The translations under genes were made by a program, and so were the position numbers. The notes below the pieces were generated by a model. The model saw only the letters and a list, made by a program, of their open reading frames with translations. It was not told the DNA's origin and did not search any database. This document shows positions 31,951 to 45,984 of a stretch of 64,000 nt of DNA, piece by piece. Each line of letters begins with the position of its first letter. Position 1 is the first letter of the stretch. Location: positions 69,502,001-69,566,000 of the forward strand of contig OX597828.1 in assembly GCA_951406725.2 (NCBI GenBank). Direction: 5' to 3'. The stretch is from Octopus vulgaris (lineage: Eukaryota).

Positions 31951-32555
31951 GTAAGTTAGCATCATTCCTTCATTACTTCACCGTATTCTTCAAATTTTTC
32001 TTGAGGTTTTTTTTCTTCTTTTTCCGTCTTCTATTATTTTCTTATTTTTCTCTCCTTTTCTTCCTCTCTCTTCTCTCTTCCGTCTTCTTTTATTTTCTTC
32101 TTCACTCAACTCATTCCAATTCCTTCATCTTTTCTTCTTTCTTATTTCTCTTTTCTCCTTCCTCCACATCTTCCCTCATCACGTTTCCCCTTTTTTTCCT
32201 ACTTCTTCCTCTTCCATTTTCTCCGATCTAGTTTTTTTTGTATCTTTCTTTCATTACCACCATCAGCTTCATCCTCGTCATCACCATCCCCATCATTATC
32301 ATCATCATCATCAACGTCATCAAAACCATCGTCACTGTCTTCATTATCTTCTCTTTCCACTCGTTCGTTCTCTCCTCATTCCGTCATCTCTGAATGTGAA
32401 GCAGATATATATTCAGAACTATTCCAAGACATTGCTTCCTACTCTTCCACACGACCATCTTGCTAGTCAGACAGTTCGTTGCTCTCCTAACACTAACCCC
32501 ACCCCTCTCTCTCTCTCTCTCTCTCCCATACTTCACACACCTACCAATTCCCCGT

Positions 32556-32601
<46 letters not shown>

Positions 32602-35600
32602 ATGTGTGTGTATATATGTATGTACATATATGCGTGTATGTGTATGTAGGAAAGAAAAAAATTAACACCAAAACAAAGTCTCAGCTGCATTCCTGTAATG
32701 TATGTACATACACACACACATACACACACACACACACACACACATACACACACACACATTGATAGACGTGTGCGTGCGTGCATGTGTGTGTGTGTCAGTA
32801 TATTGATCTGTCACTATCAACTACTTACCAACCTTTCTAGACATACATATATGTGTGTGTGTATATATATATATATGTATGTATATATGTCAGTCTGCAT
32901 ATCTATCAATCTACCTTTACATATATTTAAATATGTGTGTGTGTGTGTGTATGAGTGAGAAGAAGGAGAGATAGAATTTATATATGCTTTTAATATATAC
33001 ACACGTTTATTCAGCGTATACCATTTAATACAGTCAAAGCATACATACACACACACACACACACACTCAGTACATTATTAACTTCACCACACAGATTGTA
33101 TTCACCATTTTCTGCATATACACATGCATTTACAACACACATTCTGTAATACTACCACATACACATACACAACACTCTATAACCATACCACACACACACA
33201 CACACACACTCACATGCTGTTTAAGCAGGGAACCACAATCCAACAAGGAAATCCTTCTCGTGGTCACTCAAATTGTTTGAAATAGCAGTAGAATCACTTT
33301 CCAATCACAATTTAAAAAGAAGGACACGTTTGATAACTGTGCCTACTCTGCTCTAGGGTCTCTACACATAGGAAAAGGACAGGATGGTCACAGCTGGAAG
33401 GCTTTTGATCTATAGGTCTATTCAATCAGAAAGCTGTTCCAGAGATAAACAACAAGAATAAACCGTAACCAAGGATCTTCTGTGTGGTTTTGTGTTAGAA
33501 ATAGCAGCCAGATCACCCTTCTTTCATACTCTGTCATTGTAAAGAAGGAAGGACATTGTTTGAAAAGGCAGTTCTACACTGTTACTTGTTTTGATACATT
33601 TTCCCTTTGATATTGTAGTGTGTGTGTGTGTATCTGTGTGTGTGTGTGTGTGTACATACCTCTCTGTGACTCTCTCTTTCAAACACACCCACATGTAATA
33701 AATAACTCTACAAGAGAGAGCCTTCAACCGCTAGAGATCACAACCAAATCTTTGAATTACAGCCTGCCTATCTTTAAGAGGAAGGACACAACACATTAGA
33801 TATTGTAGTTGCTTTTACATAATCAGTGTCTAGAGCAAAAAAAAAGAAAATTATTAACATAAACGAAATGGTCATGCCTGGATTGTTTTTCAGTAGAGTT
33901 TACCTGGGGCTAAACAACAGCAGTAGCTGTAATATACACATACATACATCCACTATACATAAACATATATATATATATCTGTGTGTGTGTCTTTTGCACA
34001 CACACACGGATGTAATTGCTTAACACACTATCTATACAACACACCCTCTACATACAGACATTTTTCTCTGTCACTCTATCTTACTCTTTCTTCCTCAGAC
34101 ACAAACACACACACACACACACACACAGAGTATATTCTGCTGCTGTATAAACCAATGTTTAACTAACCCATAACCCAGTAACTGTAATATCACAAATGAT
34201 TAAACCATGTCATTTACATAATTTCGTCACTGCTTCCATTATGATGTAACAAACATTTATGTAAACCATAAATCTCAAACTGAAACCAAACCTTCAACAA
34301 ACCATAATTTGAAACTGTAACTAACCTCCAACCAAAACTAATGAAACCATATTCTTAGACTGAAGCCAAACCTTCACCAAACTGGAATTTCAGACTGAAA
34401 CCTTATCATCATCAAACCTTCACCAAACTATAAGCTCAGGCTGTAATCAAACCTTAGTCAAACCTAGTTAAACCTTATTCTCAAACTGAACCAAACTTAA
34501 TCAAACCAGAATTTCCAACTAAAGGTATACCTTAACCAAACCTAATCGAATCACAACTTCAAACTGTTGTCAAACTTTAACCAAACCTTTTCTAAACCTT
34601 ATCAAGTCACAATCTCAAACTGTCACCAAACCTTAACCAAACTAATTGTCATTCTATAATTATTCACTAACCAATTAGTAACAACGATTCTTAACAAAAT
34701 TTCAATCAAATTTAAATGAAACCTTGACCAGGTTGTGGCCAAATTATCACAAGGCCTTAACTAAAACAATACCATTTTTGCTAAACCAAGACATTCAATT
34801 AAATCTCAACAAAAATCTCAACAAACCTTAATTTATAACCCAACTTTTGACAAAACTTAACAATTCTCAAGATTTACTCCACTTTAATACAGTTAGAAAA
34901 TAAATAAGATATTGTCATTGTTATCATCAGCATCATCATAATCATCACTATAACTGTCATAATTATTGTTGTTGCCATCCTCCCCCTCCTCGTCATCCTT
35001 TTAAGTTGGGTGGATGGTCAGTGGCATTGGTTCGTGACCGGATGCTCTTCCCGTCACCAACCTTTCCAGTCAGCATTTACAACAACAGATCGGCTCACAA
35101 TATATTTGTTAATAACTAAGTGGACTGAAAGAACATGAAATGAAGTGCCTTGCTCAAGGACACAATACGCTGCCTGATCCTAGATTTGAACCCATGACTT
35201 TATGACCATGAGGCCAACACCAAATTATAATTAAAATATTTAAACCAAATTGAATAGAAAGTATTCATTAGTCAAGCAGATAATTAATCAAACATAGATG
35301 TGAGTGTGGCTGCAGGGGGTGAAGGTGTTTGCTTCACAACCACGTGATTCCGGGTTCAGTCCCAGCTGTTTTCTGCCATGGCCTCAAGGTGGCAAATGTC
35401 TTACGAGTGAGTTTAGGTGAAATGAAAACCAAGCAGGAACCCCTGCTACATCTCTCACCCTCTTTCTCGCTTTTCATTGATCTATTAACCCTTCTCTGGC
35501 TTGTCTACCTTTCCGTCTGTCTCTCTTTCTCTCTCTCTCTCTCTCCCTCTGTCTCTCTCTCCCTCTGTCTCTCTCTCCCTCTGTCTCTCTCTTTCTCTCT

Positions 35601-38092
35601 TCGTAGGCCCTCACTGTATTAGACTGAAATAAATGACCAGTGCCAAAGGTCACCTTGTGCTCTATGGCCACTCACTATTGTATCAAGAGAATACATATAA
35701 ACTGTTCCACAGAGTATACAGACTCAACCAAAACTCTTGAAGACACTGCCCCAGCATGGCCGCAACCCAAGGACTGGATTCAGTAAAAGAATATAAAAGT
35801 ATAAAAGAACCACTCTCTGGTTCTGAAAGTTAAGTCAAGACATGAGAATCATAGCCATCATTTGCATGTGAGTGTGGTTTGGTGACATGTACACTGCTTT
35901 TTTTAGTTGTTTAAGGTGCCTGTATAGTCCGAGGTAGACATAGGCACCCTCTTGGCCCTCCCACTCTGTATCCAGTGGATCTTCAAGTATGTGACATTGA
36001 AGAGAGAGAGAGAGAGAGAGAGAAGTATGTCACCTGACAGCTAATATTTGTTAATAGCTAAGTGGACTGAAAGAATATGAAATGAAGTGCCTTGCTCAAG
36101 GACACAATACGCTGCCTGATCCTAGATTTGAACCCACGACTTTATGACCATGAGGCCAACACCCTAACTTCTAGGTCACACACCTCCAAGATGTCACTAA
36201 GTCTTTTATAAAATAACCATGTGTTAGGTAAAAGTGTATGCAATCTTTTACCAAATGCCTGCCAGGCATTAACCAAAATGGAACCAAACCATAAGCAGAA
36301 CTGGACCCAAACTGAAACCAAATGCTATCCAAGCCATAACCAGAATTGACCCAACTGCAACGACCAAACCTTAATGAAATGATAACCTGTTGGTAACCAA
36401 ACTGTAACCAATCCAAAGGTTAAAACAGAACAACATGTTAATCTAACAAAAAAAAAAAAGAAAATGGTAAAGTTATCTTCTCGAGTCATGTAGACTCGTA
36501 AGGGTCAGTTTCCTGGTTTGCATGGCATATAAATTCTCCACCTGGATGGGACACCAGCCCTTTTCAGAGTTGCTCCTTTTTGCCAGCTGAGTGGACTGGA
36601 GCAACATGAAATGAAGTGTTTTGCTCAAGAACACAATGTCAAACCGCCTAACTCATGCTAGCATGGAAAGCGGACGTTAAACGATGATGATGATGACGAT
36701 GAGGTTTAGTTATTGTTAGGTTACTGCCTGGTTAATGATTGTTTAACTGAGGGCTGGCGAACCAGATGGCTGCACCAGGCTCCAGTCTTGATCTGGCAGA
36801 GTTTCTACAACTGTGTAGACTAGGTGAGTCTTCCATGTACAAGTACTCTCTAAGTATAAAATACTCTGAGTGACTCTCGTCTCACACAATATGTTGACTC
36901 CTACTTTTGAGTGAGTCACTATATATTATGTATCAGTGTGTGCGCTATGTGTCCAGGAATTGAAACCACAATCTTACGATCATGAGTCCAGCACCCTAAC
37001 CACTAAGTCACGTGGCTCCACAAGATGTTGACCAGACTGCAATGAAACAAGGACACAAAGTTAAACAAACATTAACCAAGCAGTAACCTAACAATAACTA
37101 AGCCTCATCGTCATCATCATCATCATCGTTTAACGTCTGCTTTCCATGCTGGCATGGGTTGGACGATTTTGACTGAGCACTGGCGAACCAGATGGCTGCA
37201 CCAGGCCCCAATCTTGATCTGGCAGAGTTTCTACAACTGGATGCCCTTCCTAACGCCAACCACTCCGAGAGTGTAGTGGGTGCTTTTTACGTGCCACCGG
37301 CACAGGGGCCAATCAGTCAGGTGGTACTGGCAACGACCTCACTCAAATCTTTTTACACATACCAAAGGCACAGGTGCCAGTAAGGCAATGTTGGTAACGA
37401 TCATGCTCGAATGATGCCCTTTTATGTGCCACCGGCACGAAAGCCAGTTAGCCGCTCTGGCAACGATCACACTTGGATGGTGCTCTTAGCAACCTACTAG
37501 CTCGGGGTACAAGTGCCAGTAAGGCAATTAAACAACGCTTCGTTTATGTCATAATGTACTTTACAAATCTTTGTAATGGTGGTGTCACAGCATGACCACT
37601 GCCCTTGGCTGAAAGAAATAAAAGTAACAGTTATGACTCAAACAGTAATGTATTGAAAGGAATAAACATATGTTAACTGGACTGTGACCAAACCTCACAG
37701 GTCGTTGATCAGACTGTAAGGAAAGAAAATGACAATGTTAGGCAGTCGTTATGCAAAGAATACCCAAACTATAATGAAGAGAATAAGCATATGTTAATGA
37801 AGAAGTGTTTATGAAGCTGTAATTAAGCCATAATGAAATGATAATGATAATTAATCAAGATGTGATGAAGCTGAAGTGAAACAAGGGCCAGAGTTAATGA
37901 GGCGTTAAACAAAATGACTAACATGACTTGGTTTCAGTGATGGAAAGTGATGAGGAGGCTTGACCATGTTGATTACAGATCTGCTGATGGATGAAGAGGT
38001 CAGATCAGGAATGGCACAGTTGGTTACGGCAGTTGCAATGGAAATTCTGGTTTGGATTTGGTGCTGCTATGTCATGCTTCTTCCTGTTTTAG

Positions 38093-38303
38093 TTTCAAGG
38101 ATAGTGCTGTGTGTGTTCTCAAAGAAGGAGACAGACTAGGGAATAGTGTGGTGGCTGTCGTAGACCAGTGGTGATGGTCAGTATGACAGGCATCAAAGGA
38201 TTTCTTCAGAGAATCAGAGAAGCCCTTGCCTTTCTGCAGATGCCTTCTAGCAGATCAAATGACTTTGTACAGGCCACCCTCATGGATACCCTGTGTAGAC
38301 TAG
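38093..38303 (+). other. Candidate host exon containing a start codon (MVSMTGIKGFLQRIREALAFLQMPSSRSNDFVQATLMDTLCRL)
   Basis: CTTCTTCCTGTTTTAG| acceptor, TAG|GTGAGT donor, ATG at 38174 with upstream in-frame stop, phase-1 end. Confidence 0.4.
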
Positions 38304-38916
38304 GTGAGTCTTCCATGTACAAGTACTCTCTAAGTATAAAATACTCTGACTGACTCTCGTCTCACACAATATGTTGACTCCTACTTTTAAGTGAGTCACT
38401 ATATATTATGCATCAGTGTGTGTGCTATGTGTATAATCTGGGAATACTCAACATATACTCTCGGCCAGTTCTGTGTGCATCGTGTATATACTCCAAGTGT
38501 TTCTTATCCATTGTCCATGTAGTATGTGTGTATTCAATATTCTTTGTATGCGTACTCTGTGAGGAGTGAACCCTTCTGTTATGGTGATGAGTAGAAGGTT
38601 CTTCTCTGTAGAGCACAGTCTTGGGCCAGAGATGACCCCCTAATCTTTAAAATGTGCCCTGCCCATGTTTTCATTCTGGTCACTTCTGCATGGTTGGAGA
38701 CTACAGATATGAACCCCAGTGGAAAATACACACAAAATATACGCAGTGCAACCATGAAGTAAATATATATGACATCGAATATATTCAGAGTACATATTGG
38801 GTACTCACTGGAGTACATGTGGAGAGTATACTCAGGGTATTCTTTGCATATACATAGAGTATTAACACATTGTGTACATACACAATGCACATAATGTATG
38901 TGTGTGTGTATGTATG

Positions 38917-38959
<43 letters not shown>

Positions 38960-39307
38960 GTACAGGACATCACCAACAGTGCAAATAACATGAAATATGT
39001 AAACAAACAAGTTAAATACGTAAACGAGAAAAAAATAGGAAACAGGACAAGTAAACAGAGAGAAAGGACCCTTCATCAGGTGTTGGCTATCTGTTCCTCA
39101 TTTCAAGCATTTAACAACAATATAAGTCTTTAAAGACAGCTGCTCCCATCAATTCTAAAATAAAATTTAGGATTTATGCAGGGTCAAAGTTGGGAACAAA
39201 AAAATAAGAGTGGAGACGTACAAAGAAACCAAACGAAAACAAACATGGAATATATATTTATGCATGTATGTATATGTATATATATATATATATATTATCC
39301 AACCCAT

Positions 39308-39395
39308 GGGCAGGTAGTATAGTAGTTAAGAGCGTGGGCTACTAACCCCAAGATTCCAAGTTCAGTTTCAGGCAGTGATCTGAATAATAATAATG

Positions 39396-39447
<52 letters not shown>

Positions 39448-39596
39448 CAACAACAACAACAACATTGAAAAGTTCCTTAGCAATGAGAACCCAGGTTTGA
39501 AATTTCCAAGACACCTGATGAAGGCTGGAGGGTATATCAGCCGAAATGTTGTTAACAACAAACAAGATGAGCACAAATATCCGTCAAATGTAAATA

Positions 39597-39600
<4 letters not shown>
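39308..39600 (+). mobile_element. tRNA-headed SINE-like element carrying a hammerhead motif
   Basis: Decayed A box (TAGTATAGTAG) and B box (GTTCAGTTTC), internal (AAT)n, then the ribozyme core; flanked by (TA)n. Confidence 0.6.
39511..39553 (+). ncRNA. Minimal hammerhead motif
   Basis: ACAC-CTGATGA-A-GGCTG(10 nt)CAGCC-GAAA-TG-TT-GT. Confidence 0.65.
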
Positions 39601-39635
<35 letters not shown>

Positions 39636-40296
39636 GTACTGGTACCCAGTGTACTCACAGAATACACACACAATACTCCTCATAGAATACACACACATTA
39701 AACCTTGAGTACTCACATAATACATGACTAAGGTAAAAGAAGCACATGGAGGTAGTAAAAGTAGCAGGAGGGGTGCACTGTAACAGTGCACTGCTGCATC
39801 ACAAGTGCAACATCTCTCCGACCCATCGGTTTGTGTGGGTAGCCATCGCTGGTGAGCGTTTGACGAGCTTGGCATGCAGATCCTACCTCCATCTCTTTTA
39901 GTCGCTTTTTATGGTACACAGCAGAAGTGTTGGGTTTGTTCCTTGACATGCCAGTCTCCACACAGAAAACTCAGAGTATATGCACAGCACACACCAAGCT
40001 GTCAGAGAGTATCAAGTACTACCAGAGTACACATACACACACCGTACATACAGAGTACCGATACATAATGTATAATCGCATACTCAGATGTAGGAGTTAG
40101 CATATTGGGAGTAAAGAGCCAGTTAGATTTCTTTACACCTAACGAGTACATACGCATAGAGTACTCTTCTAATACATATCCAAGACATATATAAAGGTGG
40201 CCTATATGTGGTCATTTTAATCTGGTAGAAACAACAACCAAATCTCTCTCAAATAACACACTACCATATTACACAGGAAGATCGTATCACATACTC

Positions 40297-40515
40297 TTTT
40301 ACTTGTCTCAGTCATTTCGCTGTGGCCATGCTGGAGCATCACCGTTAGTCGAGCAAATCGACCCTGGGACTTATTCTTTGTAAGCCTAGTACTTATTCTA
40401 TCGGGGTCTTTTGCCGAACCGCTAAGTTATGGGAGCATAAACACACCAGCATCGGTTGTCAAGCAGTTTTGCGGGGGACAAAGACAGACACACAAACATA
40501 TACACACACATATAT

Positions 40516-40554
<39 letters not shown>

Positions 40555-40725
40555 CATATACACGACGGGCTTCTTCCAGTTTCCATCTACCAAATCCACT
40601 CACAAGGCTTTGGTCAGCTCAAGGTTACAGAAGAAGACACTTGCCCAAGGTGCCACGCAGTGGGACTGAACCCGGAACCATGTGGTTTGTATGCAAGCTA
40701 CTTACCACACAGCCACTCCTGCACC
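40297..40725 (-). mobile_element. CORE-like tRNA SINE, full length
   Basis: Inverted relative of 41011-41425. Confidence 0.85.
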
Positions 40726-41010
40726 TATGATGGGGGTTCCAAATATACTGTTTGGTGCTAAGACGAGATGGTCATAGCTGGAGTACCTTTGATCACAAGT
40801 CAGTTTGATCAGGACACACCTGGGGCTAAATAACAATAGTGTTTACAAAAAATACTTAATGTGCTTAGTCAGTGGAGGAGGGACAGAGCCCACAGAGTTA
40901 GTAATTTGGACCTCCCCTCTAATGTTCCCTTTGAATGACCCCCTGTTTCTCCCTATATGTTTGTGACTTTACATTGATTGACATACTAAAAATAGCAGTT
41001 AAATTCCCAT

Positions 41011-41425
41011 AGGCGCAGGAGTGGCTGTGTGGTAAGTAGCTTGTTTACCAACCACACGGTTCCGGGTTCAGTCCCACTGCGTGGAACCTTGGGCAAGTGT
41101 CTTCTACTATAGCCTCGGGCCGACCAAAGCCTTGAGTGGATTTGGTAGACGGAAACTGAAAGAAGCCCGTCGTATATATGTATAAATATATATGCATGTG
41201 TGTGTTTGTGTGTCTGTGTTTGTCCCCCTAGCATTGCTTGACAACCGATGCTGGTGTGTTTATGTCCCCGTTACTTAGCGGTTTGGCAAAAGAGACCGAT
41301 AGAATAAGTACTGGGCTTACAAAAGAATAAGTTCCGGGGTCGAGTTGCTCGATTAAAGGCGGTGCTCCAGCATGGCTGCAGTCATATGACTGAAACAAGT
41401 AAAAGAATAAAGAAAAAGAAAAGAA
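41011..41425 (+). mobile_element. CORE-like tRNA SINE, full length
   Basis: A box TGGCTGTGTGG, B box GGTTCAGTCCC, ACCTTGGGCAAGT, internal TA/TG tract, tail CCAGCATGGC..GACTGAAACAAGTAAAAG. Confidence 0.85.
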
Positions 41426-41669
41426 AATCAAATCAAATCACATGGTTATTTTATACAAAAGGAAGGATGTATTGACTGAGGTGATCATACATATTCTGTG
41501 TCTGACCAAAATCTTAGAATTGCTGGATCAGTACTGACCCAGGGTTATACAATAACAACGGTGTGTAGGAACACGGATAGTGTAGTCCTAGATACACTGT
41601 GTCGTAATAAAAGATTGGATGATTGAGCTTGGAATGCCTTTGATCATAGGTTTCTGAATAGTGTCTCAC

Positions 41670-41957
41670 CTAGGGTTGAATAACAATAAGAATAAGGTGA
41701 GAAAGAGAGAGAAAAAGGAAGAGGTGAGAGAGGGAGAGAGAGAGAGAGAGATGTGAATGAAGAGGGGGTAATTGTGTATTTGAGGTGTGTGTGTGAGCGG
41801 CGGTGGTATGTAGGTAATTAGTTGAGAGGAGAAGAGGCTGTGGTAGTAGTGGTAGAAGAGACAGGGAGAGGAGACGGTACATTTATTGAGCCTCTGTGGT
41901 TGCTGTGTATGAATATGCAATCAGTGAGCCAGTCATTGGTGCTGCGTGCATTGGAGC
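41670..41957 (-). promoter_or_regulatory. Candidate minus-strand promoter and non-coding first exon
   Basis: Two CCAAT boxes (~41935, ~41950), CT-rich leader, TAG|GTGAGA junction at 41670/41669. Confidence 0.3.
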
Positions 41958-42078
41958 ATGAATCTTTGTCAATCAGCTGAATGGGCTTCTTTTGGGATAT
42001 GGGTGGGTGGCTGTGTGTGTGTGTGTGTGGAACAAGAACAATATCCTACATTAGCTATGTGAACTGTCATATCACACT

Positions 42079-42117
<39 letters not shown>

Positions 42118-42321
42118 GTACACCAGCACTGTCCCAGATATGTAAGGAGTAGTTCATTGTGGGATTAGGATGCTTGTGTTTGTGTGTGTGTGTGTAACAC
42201 AAAGCCAGTCTTGTATATATAAACTGTTCTGTTTAATGAGTCTAGGATATCTGTGGGTATAGTAATAGTAATACTGTCTGGTATACGTTAGCAGTACGGC
42301 TGTATATATATCTATATACAC

Positions 42322-42368
<47 letters not shown>

Positions 42369-42832
42369 CATATACATATATACACATACATACATTATAT
42401 ATGTATATATATATATATCGCCTGGCCCTTGTGCCGATGGCACGTAAAAAGCACCAATCCGACCGTGGCTGTTTGCCAGCCCCATCTGGCACCTGTGCCG
42501 GTGGCACATAAAAAGCATCCACTACACTCACAGAGTGGTTGGCATTAGGAAGGGCATCCAGCCGTAGAAACTCTGCCAGATCAGACTGGGCCTGAAGCAG
42601 CCTTCTGGCTTCCCAGACCCCAGTTGAACCGTCCAACCTATGCTAGCATGGAAAGTGGACATTAAACGATGATGATGATGATGATATATAATGAGCAGAA
42701 AAAGGAGAAAAGTCTTGATCAATAAACAAATTGACTACCATCGGTTAAATATTCTTTAATACAAAGCTTCAACATTACTTACAGCTGTTTCTGCTCGCAA
42801 TGTCAGCTGCCAAGGAAAATTATGAGAATAAT

Positions 42833-42882
<50 letters not shown>

Positions 42883-43142
42883 TTCAGCAAAATTTAGATT
42901 CAGATGAATGTGGTACTTAAGTTAAAGGCACCAGAATTTTGTATGGTATTATCCATATAAATCAAATGGGGTGATTATAATCAAAATAAGCAACAAGGAT
43001 ATCCAAGGTAGAGTAGTACAATTGTTTCATGCTACTTCATTTTATTTAGTGTTTAATAAAATGAAATAGCATGAAATGATTGTATTATTGCTTATTACGA
43101 TATATATATATATATGTATATATATATGTATATATATATATG

Positions 43143-43181
<39 letters not shown>

Positions 43182-43440
43182 GTATATATGTGTATATTTT
43201 TATATATGTGTGTGTGTCCGTATGTATAGATATGTCTATATATAAGTATATATGTATGTATGTATGTGTAGGGCAGTACTAAACTCATCCTAGAACTAGG
43301 ATGTTTGGGAGTGTCACAACATCAGTCATCATCATCATCATCATCATCATTATCATCATCATCGTACTATCCTTATATCAAAGCAGGAAGTTGGGAAAAT
43401 GTTTTGGTATTATTCTTCACCATTACACATGATTCATTAG

Positions 43441-43692
43441 TGGAGGCACGTGGCTCAGTGGTTAGGGTGTTGGACTCATGATAAATAGATTGTGGTTTCA
43501 ATTCCTGGACCGGGTGATGCATTGTGTTCTGGAATGAAACATTTCATTTCTCGTTACTCCAGTCCACTCAGCTGGCAAAAAGGACTAACCCTGCAATGGA
43601 CCGGTGTCCCATCCAGGGTGGGGGTGGGGATTATATGCACCATGGAAACCAGAAAACCAGCCCTTATGACTCAGCATGACTCGAGAAGATAG
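43441..43692 (+). mobile_element. tRNA-derived SINE (GCTCCAGTCCACTCAGCTG family)
   Basis: A/B boxes; related copies at 9610-9730, 36480-37020, 55295-55530, 58460-58780. Confidence 0.75.
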
Positions 43693-44355
43693 CTTTTTTT
43701 TTTGTTTCATTTGCTAATCTCATGATCATGTGACTGACCAGACTATCAGATGTTGTTACACATTGCTAATCACAATGCACTTTGTATTGTTTTAGCTTTT
43801 GAATGATGTCACCCCACTGGCTCGATGAGCAGGCCAACATTCCCTGCTGATTGAAGGGGGACTGGAACAACATGGAATGAAGTGTTTTGCTCAAAAACAC
43901 AATACATTGCCCAGTCTGGGAATTGAATCCACGATACAGCAATCATGAGTGTAACAGCCTTTTCACTTGGCCACATGCCTCCATTTGCTGATAAGAATTC
44001 TAAAATTGTACAAGGAGTAGAAAACATGTAAGAAATCTCCTATTAGAAATTCTTCAGGAAGAGAATCTGATAATTATGAAGAATTTCTAATAGGAAATTT
44101 CTTACATGTTTATCCAACATTTACGATTTTATAATTCCTATTAGTAAATGAAACATGTGTAAAGATTTATACATAATACAAAAAACTGTTTCCAACTTTC
44201 TCTTTTGATGTATAATGACTCTGCAAACAAGATTTCCAGAATCTTCGACTCTAATATGTACCACACATAAATATAATAACTATATATGGAATTGGAATCC
44301 TGGAATAAGCAGTTGTGCTTCAAGTGAACACAGCTTCAGTTTTAACCCTACTTAC

Positions 44356-44396
<41 letters not shown>

Positions 44397-44483
44397 AGAG
44401 TTTACGCAAAAAACAAAAGACGAAGACAGGTGGTGTACAAAACAAACAGATGTATTAGTATAACGCTCAGGAATAGAAAAAGT

Positions 44484-44519
44484 CTTTTACGTTTCGAGCC
44501 TACGCTCTTCTACAGAAAG
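44484..44519 (-). ncRNA. Hammerhead-like motif, CUGUAGA variant, in a ~190-bp (TA)n-flanked element (44393-44582)
   Basis: CTTT-CTGTAGA-A-GAGC(GTAG)GCTC-GAAA-CG-TA-AAAG. Confidence 0.6.
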
Positions 44520-44580
44520 GGACACAGCAAAAACAAGGAGAGAAAAAAATGTGTGTAGTGGCTAATGATCTATCATGGCA

Positions 44581-44645
<65 letters not shown>

Positions 44646-44685
44646 CACATAATGTATATATATATATATATATATATACATACAC

Positions 44686-44723
<38 letters not shown>

Positions 44724-45159
44724 CACATAATGTATATGCAGTATAAGACATCTGTGCAGCTGGAATAATAATAGGATCCCAGACGTGTAAATAATATTGT
44801 AATGTAGATTCCACTTTGTAGAGAGTTACCAACAGAATATTGGTAACACATTTCTTGACTCTAAAGAAAAACCTAGTCTTTGTGACGTGGGCAATGTTGT
44901 ATCAGTTGATGTCTTTATAAGAAGTCCACTGGCATTGTGAGACGCCACAGGGTTTTTAGTGAGTTTAAGTGGTAGTTTGTGTGCTGTTTATGTTGTAGTG
45001 GGGCTGAAGTAGGAAGTAGTTTCCTTGAAGGGACATTACAAGGATAGATTACAATTTGTGTGGATGTTTACAGAAAAAGATGAGGGAAAGAAAGGGAGAG
45101 GAGGGGAAAATGAGATAAAAAGTACACATAGCAAACAAAATATGTGATGCTACAGTCTT

Positions 45160-45920
45160 CTTTATTGCATAGAACCTCCAGTTAGGGTCAATCAAGGATC
45201 CTCACAGATCCAGGATTACCCTGACCAACGAGGGCACACACTCTCATCCAACTGTTGTTCCCTAATCTAGAGATGCATGCTTAGAGTAGGTCCATTTACC
45301 TTGATTATTTTTGCCTCACAGACACCTTTTGGTAAATTCTATTGAGAAAGCACTTCTTTCTCCACCCTCACTTTTCTAACTAAAACCTGAAAAGGGTGAT
45401 GAGGGTTTGACCAAAGAGGAACGAGTCTATCCTCAATTCTTTCAGTCTCATTCATGACACAACCTTTTTCACCATAGCAACCAGACAGAGAAACACTGTC
45501 TACCCAACTTTTTTAAAGACATTTGATGGAAGTGGTGGGCTGGATTCATTCTACATGCAACAACGGTTCTTTCTTGGCAATGCTTGGATACTGCACAAGT
45601 GCACAAAGCAGATTTTATGGCTTTTATGTGCATTTTGGACGGGCCCCATCTGGCAGCACTTCTGAGACTGTAGTGTTTATTTCAAAACCCTCAGTGACAC
45701 TGCAAGGTCAGGAATTTCTGCAAGTTATCCATATCAATACCTGACCCAAAAGTCCTCCAAAACATTAACTTTTTTTGGTGCCTGGAGTTTCCCCAGGAAC
45801 ATCATCACTTTTGCCCATCATTATTGGTTCTGTATACATTGTTATTAAAGTGGAACTTCTAGCAGCTGCACTGCCAGACTGGTAGAAGGCAGTGAGCACC
45901 TGATGATGTTACAGCTGCCA
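45160..45920 (-). mobile_element. Unclassified interspersed repeat abutting (TTA)n; left boundary approximate
   Basis: 45652-45920 matches 51044-51310 in inverted orientation. Confidence 0.6.
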
Positions 45921-45937
45921 ATAATAATAATAACAAC

Positions 45938-45984
<47 letters not shown>

